Positions 1 through 10,991 are shown, numbered from the stretch's first letter. The stretch: 64,000 nucleotides of DNA from Candidatus Latescibacterota bacterium (GCA_965215195.1 CBDCDC010000001.1:192001-256000); one strand, 5' to 3'. The notes: generated from the sequence alone by a model not told the origin. Program-made: numbers and translations.

Positions 1-1569
1 CCGACCGAGGGCATCCGCTCCGACGGCGTTCCGCTCAACCAAGACCCGGTGCCGGCCTTTGAGGTGAGCATTGCCGCCGAGGCGAGCGACGTCCTCGCGC
101 AAAAGGGCTATCACCGCTTGAACACCCTCATCGCCGACGTGCCGGTCAACTTCGACCCAGAGGTCGAGATCGAGTTCCCCCAGCAATACGTGCGCTTTGT
201 GCGCTACCAGCGCAAAGCATCCGCGCTCGACGAGCAGCGCACCACCGACAGCAACACCGTGCGCGGCACCATTGCCGAGTTTGTGCTCACCGGCCGCGGC
301 GTACCCAAGCGGGCGATTTACCGCAGCAAAATTCTCGACTTGGGGACTGAGGTCAATTTTGGCCGCTTGGCGTGGGCAGCGCACACCATGCGGATGGTCG
401 GCGCAGAGGCCGTGGCCGCGCCCGACGCCGAGGCGTGGGTGGAGGTGGAGGTGCGGGCCGGCCGCGACGGCGATCCCAATATCTACTACGAGTACACGGA
501 CTCGGGCCGGGAATTTGCGGTGACGCGCGAGCGCTACGAAGGCGAATTGCGCCTGCCCGAGACCGAGGGAATCCTGCAAATCGACCGCCAGCCCGGCATC
601 CGCGCCTCCATTGGCTACGACAGCGAGCATTGGTCTTTTTGGTCCAGCCCCATTGCGGAATCCGGCACTCAACTCGACCTGCGCAATGGCTCGCATTTGC
701 AGCTCCAAATCACCCTGCAAAGCCGGGCTTTTGGCGACTGGGTGGAGCTCGACTCGCTGTGGATTGAGACCTCGCCGCCGCTGGCCGATCAGATCGTGGG
801 CGAGGTTGCACGTGCAGCCGACATGCAGCCCGCCCCGGGTTTTGTCCGAGTTGATTTGGGGGCGCGGGAAACGTTTGTGTACGACGTGCGCGCCTCGTTT
901 GCCAACGCCGCCGAAGGGGGCTTTGACCGGGTGCGGATCCACACGGGCATTGCGCCCGAGTTTACGCGCTTGGAAATGGGCGACCCGCTCGCGGTCGTCG
1001 AGCCGCTAGCCGTGGTCGAAGGCGACGCCAGCTTGGAGGTGTTCCTGCCACAAAAAGTGACGGCCGAGTCCAACGAGCCGCTGCGGGTGGTCTTTGCCGC
1101 GGAGGTTTTTGCGCGTGCGACGACCTTTACCGGCGAGGCGTTGACCGCAGACGAGAGCCTGCTGCCGCAGCCGATTGAGCCGGGCGACGCCAGTGCCGCG
1201 GTCTCGACCAATAGCCTGCGAGTGCTCGGGGCTGAGGACGAGGCCGCGGAGATCATCCAGCGCGTGCGCTTGTCGAGCGGGGTCGTCACGCCCAACGGCG
1301 ACGGGGTAAACGACCGCTTAGCTATTGAGTACGCGCTGTTCCTGCTGCCGGCGCCCGTGCCGGTGGTGCTCGAGGTGTACGACTTGGCGGGCAACCGCCG
1401 CGCCCGCGTGGAGGTTGGCGCACAGAGTACCGGCCCGCAGCGGGCCTTTTGGGACGGCCGCGACGAGCAGGGTGCGCTCCTGCCGCCGGGCCTGTACTTG
1501 TTGGACTTGGCGCTGATGACCGAGGCCGAGCGCGGGCGCACGCTGCGGCCCGTTGGCTTGGTCTATTGA
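1..1569 (+). CDS. Large putative secreted protein with C-terminal FlgD-Ig/T9SS-CTD-like domain (5' truncated by window edge)
   Basis: Frame is open from base 1. C-terminus VTPNGDGVND...VYDLAG...WDGRDEQG..LPPGLY is typical of FlgD-Ig/CHU_C-like tails. Paralogous to the next gene. Confidence 0.75.
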   Translation, partial: PTEGIRSDGVPLNQDPVPAFEVSIAAEASDVLAQKGYHRLNTLIADVPVNFDPEVEIEFPQQYVRFVRYQRKASALDEQRTTDSNTVRGTIAEFVLTGRGVPKRAIYRSKILDLGTEVNFGRLAWAAHTMRMVGAEAVAAPDAEAWVEVEVRAGRDGDPNIYYEYTDSGREFAVTRERYEGELRLPETEGILQIDRQPGIRASIGYDSEHWSFWSSPIAESGTQLDLRNGSHLQLQITLQSRAFGDWVELDSLWIETSPPLADQIVGEVARAADMQPAPGFVRVDLGARETFVYDVRASFANAAEGGFDRVRIHTGIAPEFTRLEMGDPLAVVEPLAVVEGDASLEVFLPQKVTAESNEPLRVVFAAEVFARATTFTGEALTADESLLPQPIEPGDASAAVSTNSLRVLGAEDEAAEIIQRVRLSSGVVTPNGDGVNDRLAIEYALFLLPAPVPVVLEVYDLAGNRRARVEVGAQSTGPQRAFWDGRDEQGALLPPGLYLLDLALMTEAERGRTLRPVGLVY

Positions 1570-1580
1570 GGGAGCAAGGC

Positions 1581-3920
1581 ATGGCGATCTGGTTCTTGTG
1601 TGCAGGTCTCGGCCTGTGGGCCGGCCCGCTCGCGGCCGAGGTTTATACCTTTGACAGTGCCGAAAAGTGGCAGACTTGGCAACTGCCGCAGGGGCTGGTG
1701 CAGCTCGGCCCGTCCGGGCACCTAGAGCTGGTCAAGTTCCGCAAGAACATTGACCCAGTGCGCGATGCGGGCGGCTTTTTCCACGATACAATGGAGCGGA
1801 AAGCCGTGCCGGGCGGCATCTTTCGGGCCGGGTCCAATCCGAGCGACGCCTTCAAGATCATCGACGGCGATTATAACACCTTCTGGCAGCCCGACCCGGC
1901 CGATCCGCTGGCCAAGTGGGAAGTCGAAATAGATCTCGGCCGGGCCGTGTTGGCCCAAGAGCTGCGCTTGCGCTTCCCCGACCAAGGAGGTGCGCGTCCC
2001 TTGCGGCAGTTTACGGTCTATGTGGCCACCGGGGCGACGATTGATCCGCGCAAGGACCTCTTCCGCTTCGAGTCGGTGTATCAGACGACCTTGCCCAACG
2101 AAGAGAGCGAAATCCGCATTGAGCTGAGCGGGCGCAACGACACAACGCGGGTCCTAGACGCTGGTTTGGATGTGGTACTTGCGGACGCGGCGCGTTTCCG
2201 GGTCATCCAGTACATTCGCATCGGCGTGGATGAGCAGAGTGCGGACGCGGCTCTCGCCGAGGTTGAAGTGCGCGCTGTCGGCGACAACCTCAGCCTCGGC
2301 GTCCTAGGGCGCGGTGGGTCCTTCAAAACCGGCCTAGTCGTCCGCGACGTGGGGGGCTTGGTCGACGGCGACATGAATACCTATGCCAACAAGTTCACTA
2401 CCTATCGAGCCACCTCTGGCTGGCGCAACGAAGGGCTGTGGTGGGAGTTGGACCTAGGGGCCCAGTTTTGGATCGACGAGCTCTTCCTCTACTTCAACGA
2501 CCGCGGCGAGGGTGCTTCCGGCTCTTCGGTGCGCAATGGGGGCACGGGATTTGCCTTCTTGGTTTCGGACGGCCGGCGCACGACCTCGGGCGCGGTGGAC
2601 TACGATCGACTGGTGGGCCACGGCAATGAGCAAAACCCCGCCGCCGGTCCAGAGCGGCACTATCGCTACTTGTTCGCGCCGCGCAAAGTGCGCTACCTGT
2701 TCTGGCACGGCTTCCTGACTGATTGGGAGTGGCACGCGCGCCCGGCCGAGCTGATGCTGTTTTCGCCCGGCTACCCCGCGCAAGTGGTGCTGCGCTCGGG
2801 CTTTATCGACTTGGGCCAGATCGTCGGCGACGGCCGTTCCAAGGCCATCAAGCACCTGTCGTGGGATGCGGATTTGCCGCAGGGAACGCGAATGCAACTG
2901 CGCTCCCGCTCGGGCGTGGTGCTCAGCGAGGAGTACACCTATCACAACAAGATCGGCGAAGAGGTCACCGAAGAGAAGTGGCTCAGCTCGCCCAAGGTGT
3001 TGCGCGGCCGGGTGGATACTATGCTGGTCGTAGGCGAGGATTGGGGCGCGTGGAGCAATGTCTATCAGCTTTCGGGCGAAGCCTTCCAGTCGGACAGCCC
3101 GCGCCGCTTCGTCCAGCTAGAAGCCCTGCTTTCGACCGAGGATCCGCAGGTTGCGCCCGCGTTGCGCTCGCTGTCGATCGAATTTGAGGACGCCTTGGTG
3201 ACCGAGGCCAAAGGGCAGATCTGGCCGCGCCAAGCCCAGCCCAACGAGGACACGCGCTTTACCTATGCGCTGTGGCTGGCGATTGCCGGAGACGACAGCG
3301 GCTTCGACCGGCTGCGGCTCATCGTCCCCGGCGGCGGCTTAGAGGCCGATGCAGTGGAGCTGACCCTTGCCGGCGAGACCATCGCCCCAGAAGAGGTCGC
3401 GCTGCGGGGCGACTCCCTTTTTGTGACCTTGGGCCAGCGCGTTGGCGGCGACTCGCTAGCAGTCCATTTCACCGCGCGTTTGTGGCGCAATGCCACGGTC
3501 TTCAGCGCGGAGCTTGGCCACGGAGATCGGCCCGGCCTCTGGCAGTCGGTGGAGGCTGCTGCTCGGCGCGCCAATGTGGTGCTCCTACCGGCGCTAGCTG
3601 GCAGCGATCGGCTCATCGGCGATCTGCAAGTTGCTCCAGCCACCGTTACGCCCAACGGCGACGGCATCAACGACCAAGTGCAGATCCGGTTTGTGATTTT
3701 TAAGGTAGAGACCGCAACGCCACAGGTGCGGGTATTCGACTTGGCGGGCCGCGTGGTGGCCGAGTTGGCCGGAGCGAGTGGAGACGTTGCTTCCTATACG
3801 TGGTCCGGGCGCGATGCCCAAGGAGTGCTGGTGCCGCCGGGACTGTATCTGTGCCACATTGATTTGGGGGCGACAGCCGGCGAGAGCGTGGCTGTGCGCC
3901 CCGTCGCTGTCATCTACTAA
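1581..3920 (+). CDS. Secreted protein with discoidin-like N-terminal region and FlgD-Ig/T9SS-CTD-like C-terminus
   Basis: ATG at 1581 after GGAG; signal peptide MAIWFLCAGLGLWAGPLAA; IDGDYNTFW...IDLGR (F5/8-type motif); C-terminal VTPNGDGIND...WSGRDAQG..VPPGLY. Confidence 0.75.
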   Translation: MAIWFLCAGLGLWAGPLAAEVYTFDSAEKWQTWQLPQGLVQLGPSGHLELVKFRKNIDPVRDAGGFFHDTMERKAVPGGIFRAGSNPSDAFKIIDGDYNTFWQPDPADPLAKWEVEIDLGRAVLAQELRLRFPDQGGARPLRQFTVYVATGATIDPRKDLFRFESVYQTTLPNEESEIRIELSGRNDTTRVLDAGLDVVLADAARFRVIQYIRIGVDEQSADAALAEVEVRAVGDNLSLGVLGRGGSFKTGLVVRDVGGLVDGDMNTYANKFTTYRATSGWRNEGLWWELDLGAQFWIDELFLYFNDRGEGASGSSVRNGGTGFAFLVSDGRRTTSGAVDYDRLVGHGNEQNPAAGPERHYRYLFAPRKVRYLFWHGFLTDWEWHARPAELMLFSPGYPAQVVLRSGFIDLGQIVGDGRSKAIKHLSWDADLPQGTRMQLRSRSGVVLSEEYTYHNKIGEEVTEEKWLSSPKVLRGRVDTMLVVGEDWGAWSNVYQLSGEAFQSDSPRRFVQLEALLSTEDPQVAPALRSLSIEFEDALVTEAKGQIWPRQAQPNEDTRFTYALWLAIAGDDSGFDRLRLIVPGGGLEADAVELTLAGETIAPEEVALRGDSLFVTLGQRVGGDSLAVHFTARLWRNATVFSAELGHGDRPGLWQSVEAAARRANVVLLPALAGSDRLIGDLQVAPATVTPNGDGINDQVQIRFVIFKVETATPQVRVFDLAGRVVAELAGASGDVASYTWSGRDAQGVLVPPGLYLCHIDLGATAGESVAVRPVAVIY

Positions 3921-3939
3921 CCCTTGCGCAAGGAATTCC

Positions 3940-5352
3940 ATGCCCCGTCCCAATATCCTCTTCATTATGACCGACGACCACGCGGCCCACGCCATGAGTT
4001 GCTACGGCAGCCGCATCAACACCACGCCTAACCTCGACCGCATCGCCCGAGGCGGCATGCGCTTTGACCACTGCTTTTGCACCAATTCCATTTGCGGCCC
4101 CTCTCGTGCCACTATCCTCACTGGCACGTACAATCACGTCAACGGCATGACCACCCTAAACTCGCGCCACGACAACCGCCAGCTCAACTTCGCCAAGCTC
4201 TTGCAGGGCGTTGGCTACCAGACTGCCATCGTCGGCAAATGGCACCTCGGCCAAGGGCCGGCCCACTGGCCCACCGGCTTCGACTATTACAACATCCTCC
4301 AAGGCCAAGGCCCCTATTTCAACCCGGAAATGGTGTGCAACGGCGACAAGGTCCAATATCAAGGCTACACTACCGATATTATCACCGACCTGTCGCTCAA
4401 CTGGCTCCGGGTGCGCGACAAGGACCGACCGTTTTGCCTGCTGTACCACCACAAGGCCCCGCACCGCCCGTGGGAGCCGGACGAAAAACACGCCCAGCTA
4501 TACGAGGACGAGGATATTCCCGAGCCGGAGACCTTTGACGACGACTATCAGAATCGGGCGGCGGCAGCCAAGGCTGCCAAAATGCGGATCGACCGCGACC
4601 TCAACGCCACCGATCTCAAGCGGCCCGTACCCGCAGGACTGACCCCAGAAGAGGAGAAAAGGTGGAAGTACCAGCGCTATATAAAGGACTATCTGCGCTG
4701 CGTCGCCGCGGTTGATGACAACGTCGGTCGCGTGCTCGACTATCTCGACGTCGAGGGCATTGCCGACGACACCATCGTCGTCTATACCTCGGACCAGGGC
4801 TTTTTTCTCGGCGACCACGGCTGGTACGACAAGCGCTTCATGTACGAGGAGTCGCTGCGCATGCCCTTCCTCATCCGCTATCCCCGCGCCATTGCCGCCG
4901 GCCGTGTCAGTGCCGACATGATCCTCAACGTCGACTTTGCCCCCACGTTCCTCGACTACGCTGGCGTCGCCATTCCCGACTCGTTCCAAGGCCGCTCCAT
5001 GCGCCCCGTGCTGGATGGACGAACCCCGGACGATTGGCAGACCGCAATGTACTACCGCTACTGGATGCACTTGGCACACCACCACGTGTACGCCCACTAC
5101 GGAGTTCGCACCTTGCGCTACAAGCTCATCTACTACTATGCCGACGCCCTAGGCCAGCCCGGTGCCCTAGACGAGCGCAAAGAGCCGGAGTGGGAATTGT
5201 TCGATCTGGAAGAAGACCCGTGCGAATTGGTCAATGTGTACCGCGACCCAGCCTACGCCGCAGTAGTGCGCCAATTGCGCGGGGAGCTGCGCCGCCTACA
5301 GGAAAAGGTGGGCGACCAGCCCTATGTGGGGGAGGACCCGTTGCCGGATTGA
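3940..5352 (+). CDS. Sulfatase (formylglycine-dependent, Cys type)
   Basis: RPNILFIMTDDH, CGPSR (CxPxR), GKWHL, SDQG motifs; ATG 3940 with AGGA upstream. Confidence 0.95.
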   Translation: MPRPNILFIMTDDHAAHAMSCYGSRINTTPNLDRIARGGMRFDHCFCTNSICGPSRATILTGTYNHVNGMTTLNSRHDNRQLNFAKLLQGVGYQTAIVGKWHLGQGPAHWPTGFDYYNILQGQGPYFNPEMVCNGDKVQYQGYTTDIITDLSLNWLRVRDKDRPFCLLYHHKAPHRPWEPDEKHAQLYEDEDIPEPETFDDDYQNRAAAAKAAKMRIDRDLNATDLKRPVPAGLTPEEEKRWKYQRYIKDYLRCVAAVDDNVGRVLDYLDVEGIADDTIVVYTSDQGFFLGDHGWYDKRFMYEESLRMPFLIRYPRAIAAGRVSADMILNVDFAPTFLDYAGVAIPDSFQGRSMRPVLDGRTPDDWQTAMYYRYWMHLAHHHVYAHYGVRTLRYKLIYYYADALGQPGALDERKEPEWELFDLEEDPCELVNVYRDPAYAAVVRQLRGELRRLQEKVGDQPYVGEDPLPD

Positions 5353-5468
5353 GCAGCCAGCTCAACATTCCCAGTGAAGCCCAGCAGAATACGGGTGGCG
5401 ATTTGTCACGCGCCCGAATACCCGTCGCAGGTGGTTTTACCGATTATTGAGCGACAGAAATCCTCTGA

Positions 5469-6473
5469 TTACAAACGCACTCCCTGCTCCGTGAACCAAT
5501 CCAAGGCCTCGCGGATCGATTCTTCGAGTGGCCGCGGTGCATATCTCAATTGACTCTTCGCCGAGGATTCATCAACGGATACCGGACAGTCGCGCAAGAG
5601 TTTGAGCGAATTTCGGGAGTAGAGAGGCGGTTGGTTTCGCTTCGCGGCTTTAATCAAGGGCAAACCTGCTCGGGCCAGAAAATAGGGTATGGCAGGGCGC
5701 ATCACGCTATGTCCCAAGGCTTGCGAACACAGTCGCGCCAGTTCACGGATCTTTGCGTATCGCCCCGCAGTAAAATGAACCTCGCCGCCGTATTCGTTTG
5801 CCCCTACCGCATTCGCTATGGCATGCGCCACGTCGCGCACGTCGCTCCACCAAAATCCCCCGTTGACGAGACACGGAAGCCGCTTGCGCACCATGGCGAG
5901 CAACATGCTGCCGACGAGGCTCGGCTCGCTGTCGCCGGGACCTATGAGGGCCGAAGGACAGACGATAGATGCGTTGAGCAAACCGCCTCTCGCCGCGTCG
6001 AGCACGCTTATATGCGCTTCGGCTTTGGTGGCCACGTAGGGGATTTTGGAATGTTGACCCAGTTTTGAACTGACACTTAACGTCGTTCCACGCAGCGGGC
6101 TGAATGCGTGTATGGAACTGATGTGTACCAGCCTGTGGACGCCGTTACTGATACATGCTTGAATCACATTGCGGGTGCCCGTCAGGTTGACCGCGTCAGC
6201 CAAACCTTCGGGATCAGCGTCAATTGTCACAATCGCGGCATTGTGTACGACGGCGTGAACATTTTGGAATGCTTGGTTTAACGACTCGGGATTGCGGACA
6301 TCGGCAGGCCGCAATTCGACCTGCTTGCTCAGGTCAGCGGGAAGTTTGCGCTTGCTACTCTCGTGCTCAACAGCGCACACCGCATACCCGCAGCGCAGCA
6401 AGGCGCGGCATATATGGCTGCCGAGAAAGCCCGCAGCACCGGTCACCGCCACTGTGCTATCTGTGTCTTCCAT
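5469..6473 (-). CDS. NAD-dependent epimerase/dehydratase (extended SDR, DFR/HpnA-like)
   Basis: VTGAAGFLG, HNAA, YxxxK (YVATK), DVRDVA. Confidence 0.9.
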   Translation of the reverse strand: MEDTDSTVAVTGAAGFLGSHICRALLRCGYAVCAVEHESSKRKLPADLSKQVELRPADVRNPESLNQAFQNVHAVVHNAAIVTIDADPEGLADAVNLTGTRNVIQACISNGVHRLVHISSIHAFSPLRGTTLSVSSKLGQHSKIPYVATKAEAHISVLDAARGGLLNASIVCPSALIGPGDSEPSLVGSMLLAMVRKRLPCLVNGGFWWSDVRDVAHAIANAVGANEYGGEVHFTAGRYAKIRELARLCSQALGHSVMRPAIPYFLARAGLPLIKAAKRNQPPLYSRNSLKLLRDCPVSVDESSAKSQLRYAPRPLEESIREALDWFTEQGVRL

Positions 6474-6490
6474 TGCTATTCAGCCTTTCC

Positions 6491-7864
6491 CTACGACCAA
6501 TTCTTTGGCCAGGAAAAATGCGCGTTGATATCTTCCACGTATTTCATCGGTGCATTGGGTTCGATATTAAACAGCGCGTCCAATGTCTCCAACCCGTGCT
6601 CATACGATTTTGTCTCTTTGCTTTCGAGTACGCCAAACAGCATCATGGATTTATCGCCCGACAAAACCGCTTCGAGGGTGCGCTCCATGTTGAGCCAATC
6701 GGGATAGATGCACTCTAGCATAATTTTCTTTGGCAATGGCGGCACGCGCAAAGGCTGAATGCCCTTCTTATTGACAATCGCGGGGACTTCCACTGCCACG
6801 TCGTCGGGAATGCCCGGCAGGGCACCGCAATTGGGCACATTCACCTGAAACTGACCTTCCACGTTGTTGACTAGTCCATTCACAATGGGAATGTGCTGCT
6901 CGGGCGTCATCCGCTCGCCAAACAGATCAACCGGGCGGATTTTCTCGTCATAGGCCGCCGCTTTCATCTGCTCGTATTTTTTTGCTTTGCCGGCCAGCAC
7001 TGCATCGCGTCCGGCCGGCGTGTCTTTGCCGCCCTTGGGGTCATACCAGTATTGCCGCGTCGCCAAATCCGTGTGATACCACCAGCCGCCGCGCCGCGGC
7101 GTATCGCCAATGGGCATCAGGCCATACATCTTGTATTGATGGATCGCCGCGCGCGACATCTGCGTGGGGATCGCCTTGCCTTCTCGGGCTAACCGCTCCC
7201 AATACGCCTCGCTCTCCTCGGCAATCCACTGATCCAGTCTTGGATACATGTCTTTGTTTTCACAGATGAAATCCGTCAACCAGATGTTGTGATTCAACCC
7301 CGGTGCCTGCCACGTCACCTTATCGGGATCTAGGCCCAAGGTGTGCGCCACGCCCGCATAGCCGTAGTGCCCGTGACACAAGCCGCACACCTTGATCCCC
7401 GTCTCCCGCGTCATCAACGTCGTTCCGTCAAAGACCGGATTGCCCGCCAACAAAATCCACGCGTCGGGGCACAGTTTCTCCATGTCTTTTGCCACGTCCA
7501 ACATTAGTTGCAGATTGTGATATTCGGGCATCCCGGTTCGGTCGTAAAAATAGCCGAGTGTAGCCGTCATTTTGCGCCGGTGCTGCATGAAGTACTCATT
7601 GTGCGTTATTGTTGCTGTATTGATTACAAAATCGGCGTCTTTTAGCGCAACTTCCCGATCCGTGGTTTTCTCAAACGTCATCTCTGCGCCCAAATCCTCG
7701 GCATAGTGCCGCCCGAGTGCATAAATGATATTGAGCACTTCCTCGTTGATGTCCATAAAACAAACGTGGCTGCCGTTCAGTGCCTTGGTCAGACACAAAT
7801 CTTTGACCAAGCCGAGCGAAAACACCACGCTGCCCGCGCCAAAAATCGTCACCTTATTGGCCAT
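6491..7864 (-). CDS. Glycoside hydrolase family 4 (alpha-glucosidase/alpha-galactosidase-like)
   Basis: MANKVTIFGAGS, NP, GLCHGH, GLNH motifs; SD GAGGAGG before ATG at 7864. Confidence 0.92.
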   Translation of the reverse strand: MANKVTIFGAGSVVFSLGLVKDLCLTKALNGSHVCFMDINEEVLNIIYALGRHYAEDLGAEMTFEKTTDREVALKDADFVINTATITHNEYFMQHRRKMTATLGYFYDRTGMPEYHNLQLMLDVAKDMEKLCPDAWILLAGNPVFDGTTLMTRETGIKVCGLCHGHYGYAGVAHTLGLDPDKVTWQAPGLNHNIWLTDFICENKDMYPRLDQWIAEESEAYWERLAREGKAIPTQMSRAAIHQYKMYGLMPIGDTPRRGGWWYHTDLATRQYWYDPKGGKDTPAGRDAVLAGKAKKYEQMKAAAYDEKIRPVDLFGERMTPEQHIPIVNGLVNNVEGQFQVNVPNCGALPGIPDDVAVEVPAIVNKKGIQPLRVPPLPKKIMLECIYPDWLNMERTLEAVLSGDKSMMLFGVLESKETKSYEHGLETLDALFNIEPNAPMKYVEDINAHFSWPKNWS

Positions 7865-7971
7865 TGCATCCTCCTCGGTGAAAAATCTCAACAGGGGTCT
7901 AAGTTGTAGTATAGCCCCGATTCCCGATACTGAAAACGCCCGGGGCGCATTCGCGGATAGCATCTTCCGTT

Positions 7972-8085
7972 TTTCCTAAAGCCATTTGTATTCGTCCCCG
8001 TCGATACCGAGCCGCTGTGCCATCTCCCTTTCCTAAAGCCATTTGTATTCGTCCCCGTCGATACCGAGCCGCTGTGCCATCTCCC
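7972..8085. repeat. Perfect 57-bp tandem duplication of the 3' end of the Ldh-family gene
   Basis: tttcctaaagcc...gccatctccc at 7972-8028 and 8029-8085. Confidence 0.9.
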
Positions 8086-8902
8086 TAACGTCCGCTAGCG
8101 TCACGCGATTGAGCGGGATTCCCTGTGTGCGATACTCGGCGCGGTGAATCGCTTCTAGCTCGCCGGGGGCGTACACTCGGTCGAAACCGGGCGCGAGCCG
8201 ACAGTCGTGGATCTGCTCGATGGCGGCGTCCACTCTTGACTTGAAGCGTTCGATATCCTCGAAGGCGGCAATGTGGATGGCGGCGACGAAGTGGCCGTCT
8301 GCGCCGGGGGTCGGCCCCGCCTCAATGCTCCCCAGTTCGGTCCCGTAGCTAGCGCCGGAAAGCATAGACGAAAGGACGCCCATGATCATCGCTAGCCCGG
8401 TGCCTTTGAACCCTCCGATGGGGGCTAGCAGGCCGTCGATAGCTACCTTGGGATCGGTCGTCGGCCGGCCTTCCCGGTCTAGTGCCCAGCCCTTGGACAG
8501 GCGCATCCCTTTCTGTTCGTAGATGCGAATTTTTCCGTGGGAAGAGCCGCTGAACGCGGCGTCGTACACGATGGGAGCCATCTTCCCGGCTGGGACGGAG
8601 AACGCAAGCGGATTGATGCCCAAGACTCGCTCGGCACCTCCCCAGGGTGCCATCGTCGGAAGTGCATTTGTGGTCGCGATTCCGATCGCGTCGTGCGGCA
8701 GCGCCATGCGGGCGAAATACGCCATGGCACCGCAATGATTGCTGCCGCGAATAGCTCCTGCTGCTATGCCGGTCTGCGCTGCCTTGCCGATCACCTCCCG
8801 CATGGCCAAGGCCGTGCCGATCTGTCCCATTGAATTGCGTCCGTCCACTATGACAAACGAGGGCCCTTGGCCGACGACTTCGGGCCTGGCGGTCGGGTTC
8901 AC
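8033..8902 (-). pseudogene. Ldh_2-family (malate/L-lactate/sulfolactate dehydrogenase) oxidoreductase, N-terminus missing at the IS5 boundary
   Basis: SNHCGA, GINP, GGFKGTGL, PGE motifs. The family's N-terminal region (SHG motif) is absent and the IS5 end lies 9 bp from the apparent start. Confidence 0.8.
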
Positions 8903-8910
8903 GCCTTTAA

Positions 8911-10961
8911 GAAGCTGTTGAGTTATTCAGATGCATTTAGCGACGGTAATCTTTATCATGGCAATCCGAATGATGTTCTCTGCGGATTGGGTAAGAATTT
9001 CGAAGTCCTTGGCCAAGCGTCGAAATCCGCCTAGCCACGCCAAGGTCCGCTCGATAATCCAGCGTTTGGGCACCACGTGGAACCCTTGGGCTGGTTTATC
9101 CGCTATATCGAGTCGCAATCCTAACAGGGTCTCGACGCATTCAACGGTGGTTCCGCGATAGCCTTGGTCGCCGGAGAAGGCTTCGACCGAAGCATACTTT
9201 TCTGCGACTTGGGCACATACGTGGGCCCCTTGACTGGTATCCGCTACATTCGCGGCATGTACTTGGACGGTCAGCATGTTCCCTAGGGTATCGGTGGCGA
9301 GGGGGCGTTTCCGTCCTTTAACCTTTTTTTTCCCCATCCACGCCGCGATCTTGACTGGCATATTGGGTTTTAACCGATTGCGAATCGATCAACACATAGG
9401 TCGGAGGCTCGTTTTTACCCTGCTTTTGACGGGCATGCGCATTCAGCGCGTCGAGCGCCGGTTCCCAGACGCCGCGTTGATTCCAGCGCCGATAATGGTC
9501 ATAGACCGTATCCCAAGGCGGCAAATCAAGGGGCAGCATCCGCCACGGAATGCCCCCTTTGACCACATATAAAATGGCATTGACCACCGCCCGTTTTGCA
9601 TACTTGCCGGGGTTGCCCCGGGGATCGGGACGGTCGAAAAACGCAGCCAGCAGCGCCCATTCTCGATGATCTTACTACACGACACCAAATAAATTGCAGT
9701 GCAGCCCCCGGTTAGGTTTATTGGTTGTGTCCATCAACCCTCCTCCTAACCGTTTGGAGCTGCACCGTGAGCGTATTTCATACGTTAAAACGAGCACTAC
9801 GTCAAGGAGCTTGCTCGATGACGCGCTATCAAGCCGACCTGTTGCCTCGTCTGCTGTGGGCGTTAATACAGACCCGTTCGGTCAACCTCAAGCAGGTGGC
9901 TGCCGCCGTTTGGGGGTCGGCGACCCCTGCCAGTTGTTATCGCCGTTTGCAGCGGTTTCTCAGCGGCAGGTGGTCGCCGCAGGTAGGCACCCAACTGATC
10001 GTGCAACGGGTGGTCAAGCCGGGTACGCCGGTCTTGCTGACGTTGGATCGTACCCACTGGCAGTACGGCCAAACCCATCACAATCTGTTGTGCTTAGGGG
10101 TGGTATATCAGCGCGTCTCGATCCCGATTGAATCGGGGTCCCTGGGTCGAGCGGGCAACTCCACCATGGCCGATCAAATCAACCTGTTGAACCGAGCCTT
10201 AGCCTATCTGCCGGCGGGGCGCTGTTGCCTGTTGGCCGACCGGGAGTTTATCGGCGGCACTTGGCTACGCCATCTACAGAAACAGCAGGTCGACTTCGTC
10301 ATTCGGGTGCGCGCCAACTACACGATAGAACGAGCCGACGGCACCGTTCGATCCTTAGCGTGCACCACCCGCGGCCAGGCCCCAAACACCACATGCGTCT
10401 ATGAACATGTCCACTTATATGAGGGGTCTAATACCGTACCGGTTCATATTATATGTCATCGTCCGCTCCAGGGAGCGCGCATCTTTTTGGCGACCCATCG
10501 AACCGATTTCGACGCGGTGGTTTCGTTGTATAAACAGCGGTGGGCGGCCGAGACCGCGTTTGGGTTCCTCAAGTCGAAAGGCTTTGATTTGGAAACGACC
10601 CACCTGCGCGACCCCGAGCGCATCCGGCGTCTATTGAGCGTCCTCACAATCGCCATGCTATGGGGACTGCGCGTCGGAGCGCATCTACACCAACACCAGA
10701 CGACGCCCATAAAAAAACATGGAGCCCTCGCCCAAAGCCGCTTCCGACGAGGACTCGATTATATACAACACCTCATCGCCAATCGACAACAAAAAAAGAA
10801 AACAATACTACACATGATACGATTATTGGTGTCGTGTAGTTAGACGTATCAGTCAAGTCACTGGGATAGCCGCCCATAGCAAAAGCCTCCTTTCGCAAAA
10901 AAGACATTACGCAATACATTATACAAAATACAAAGATAGCTTTTTTAACTCAACAGCTTAC
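8911..10961 (-). mobile_element. IS5-family element (orfA/orfB with -1 frameshift), interrupted by an IS4-family element
   Basis: Terminal IR core aagctgttgagtta/taactcaacagctt; TAA at both flanks. orfA starts MGGYPSDLTD at 10877 and resumes REWALL near 9666. Slippery GGGGAAAAAAAA near 9324-9335. orfB has DQGY and KRWIIERTLAWL...RRLAKDFE. Confidence 0.9.
9674..10840 (+). mobile_element. IS4-family element; transposase CDS approx. 9767-10843
   Basis: 15-bp perfect IR actacacgacaccaa (9674-9688)/ttggtgtcgtgtagt (10826-10840). Transposase has LDRTHW, LADREF and YREK-type YKQRWAAETAFGFLKSKGF. Confidence 0.9.
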
Positions 10962-10991
10962 TAAGAGCTGCGACAGCTTCTTCAGGGTATG

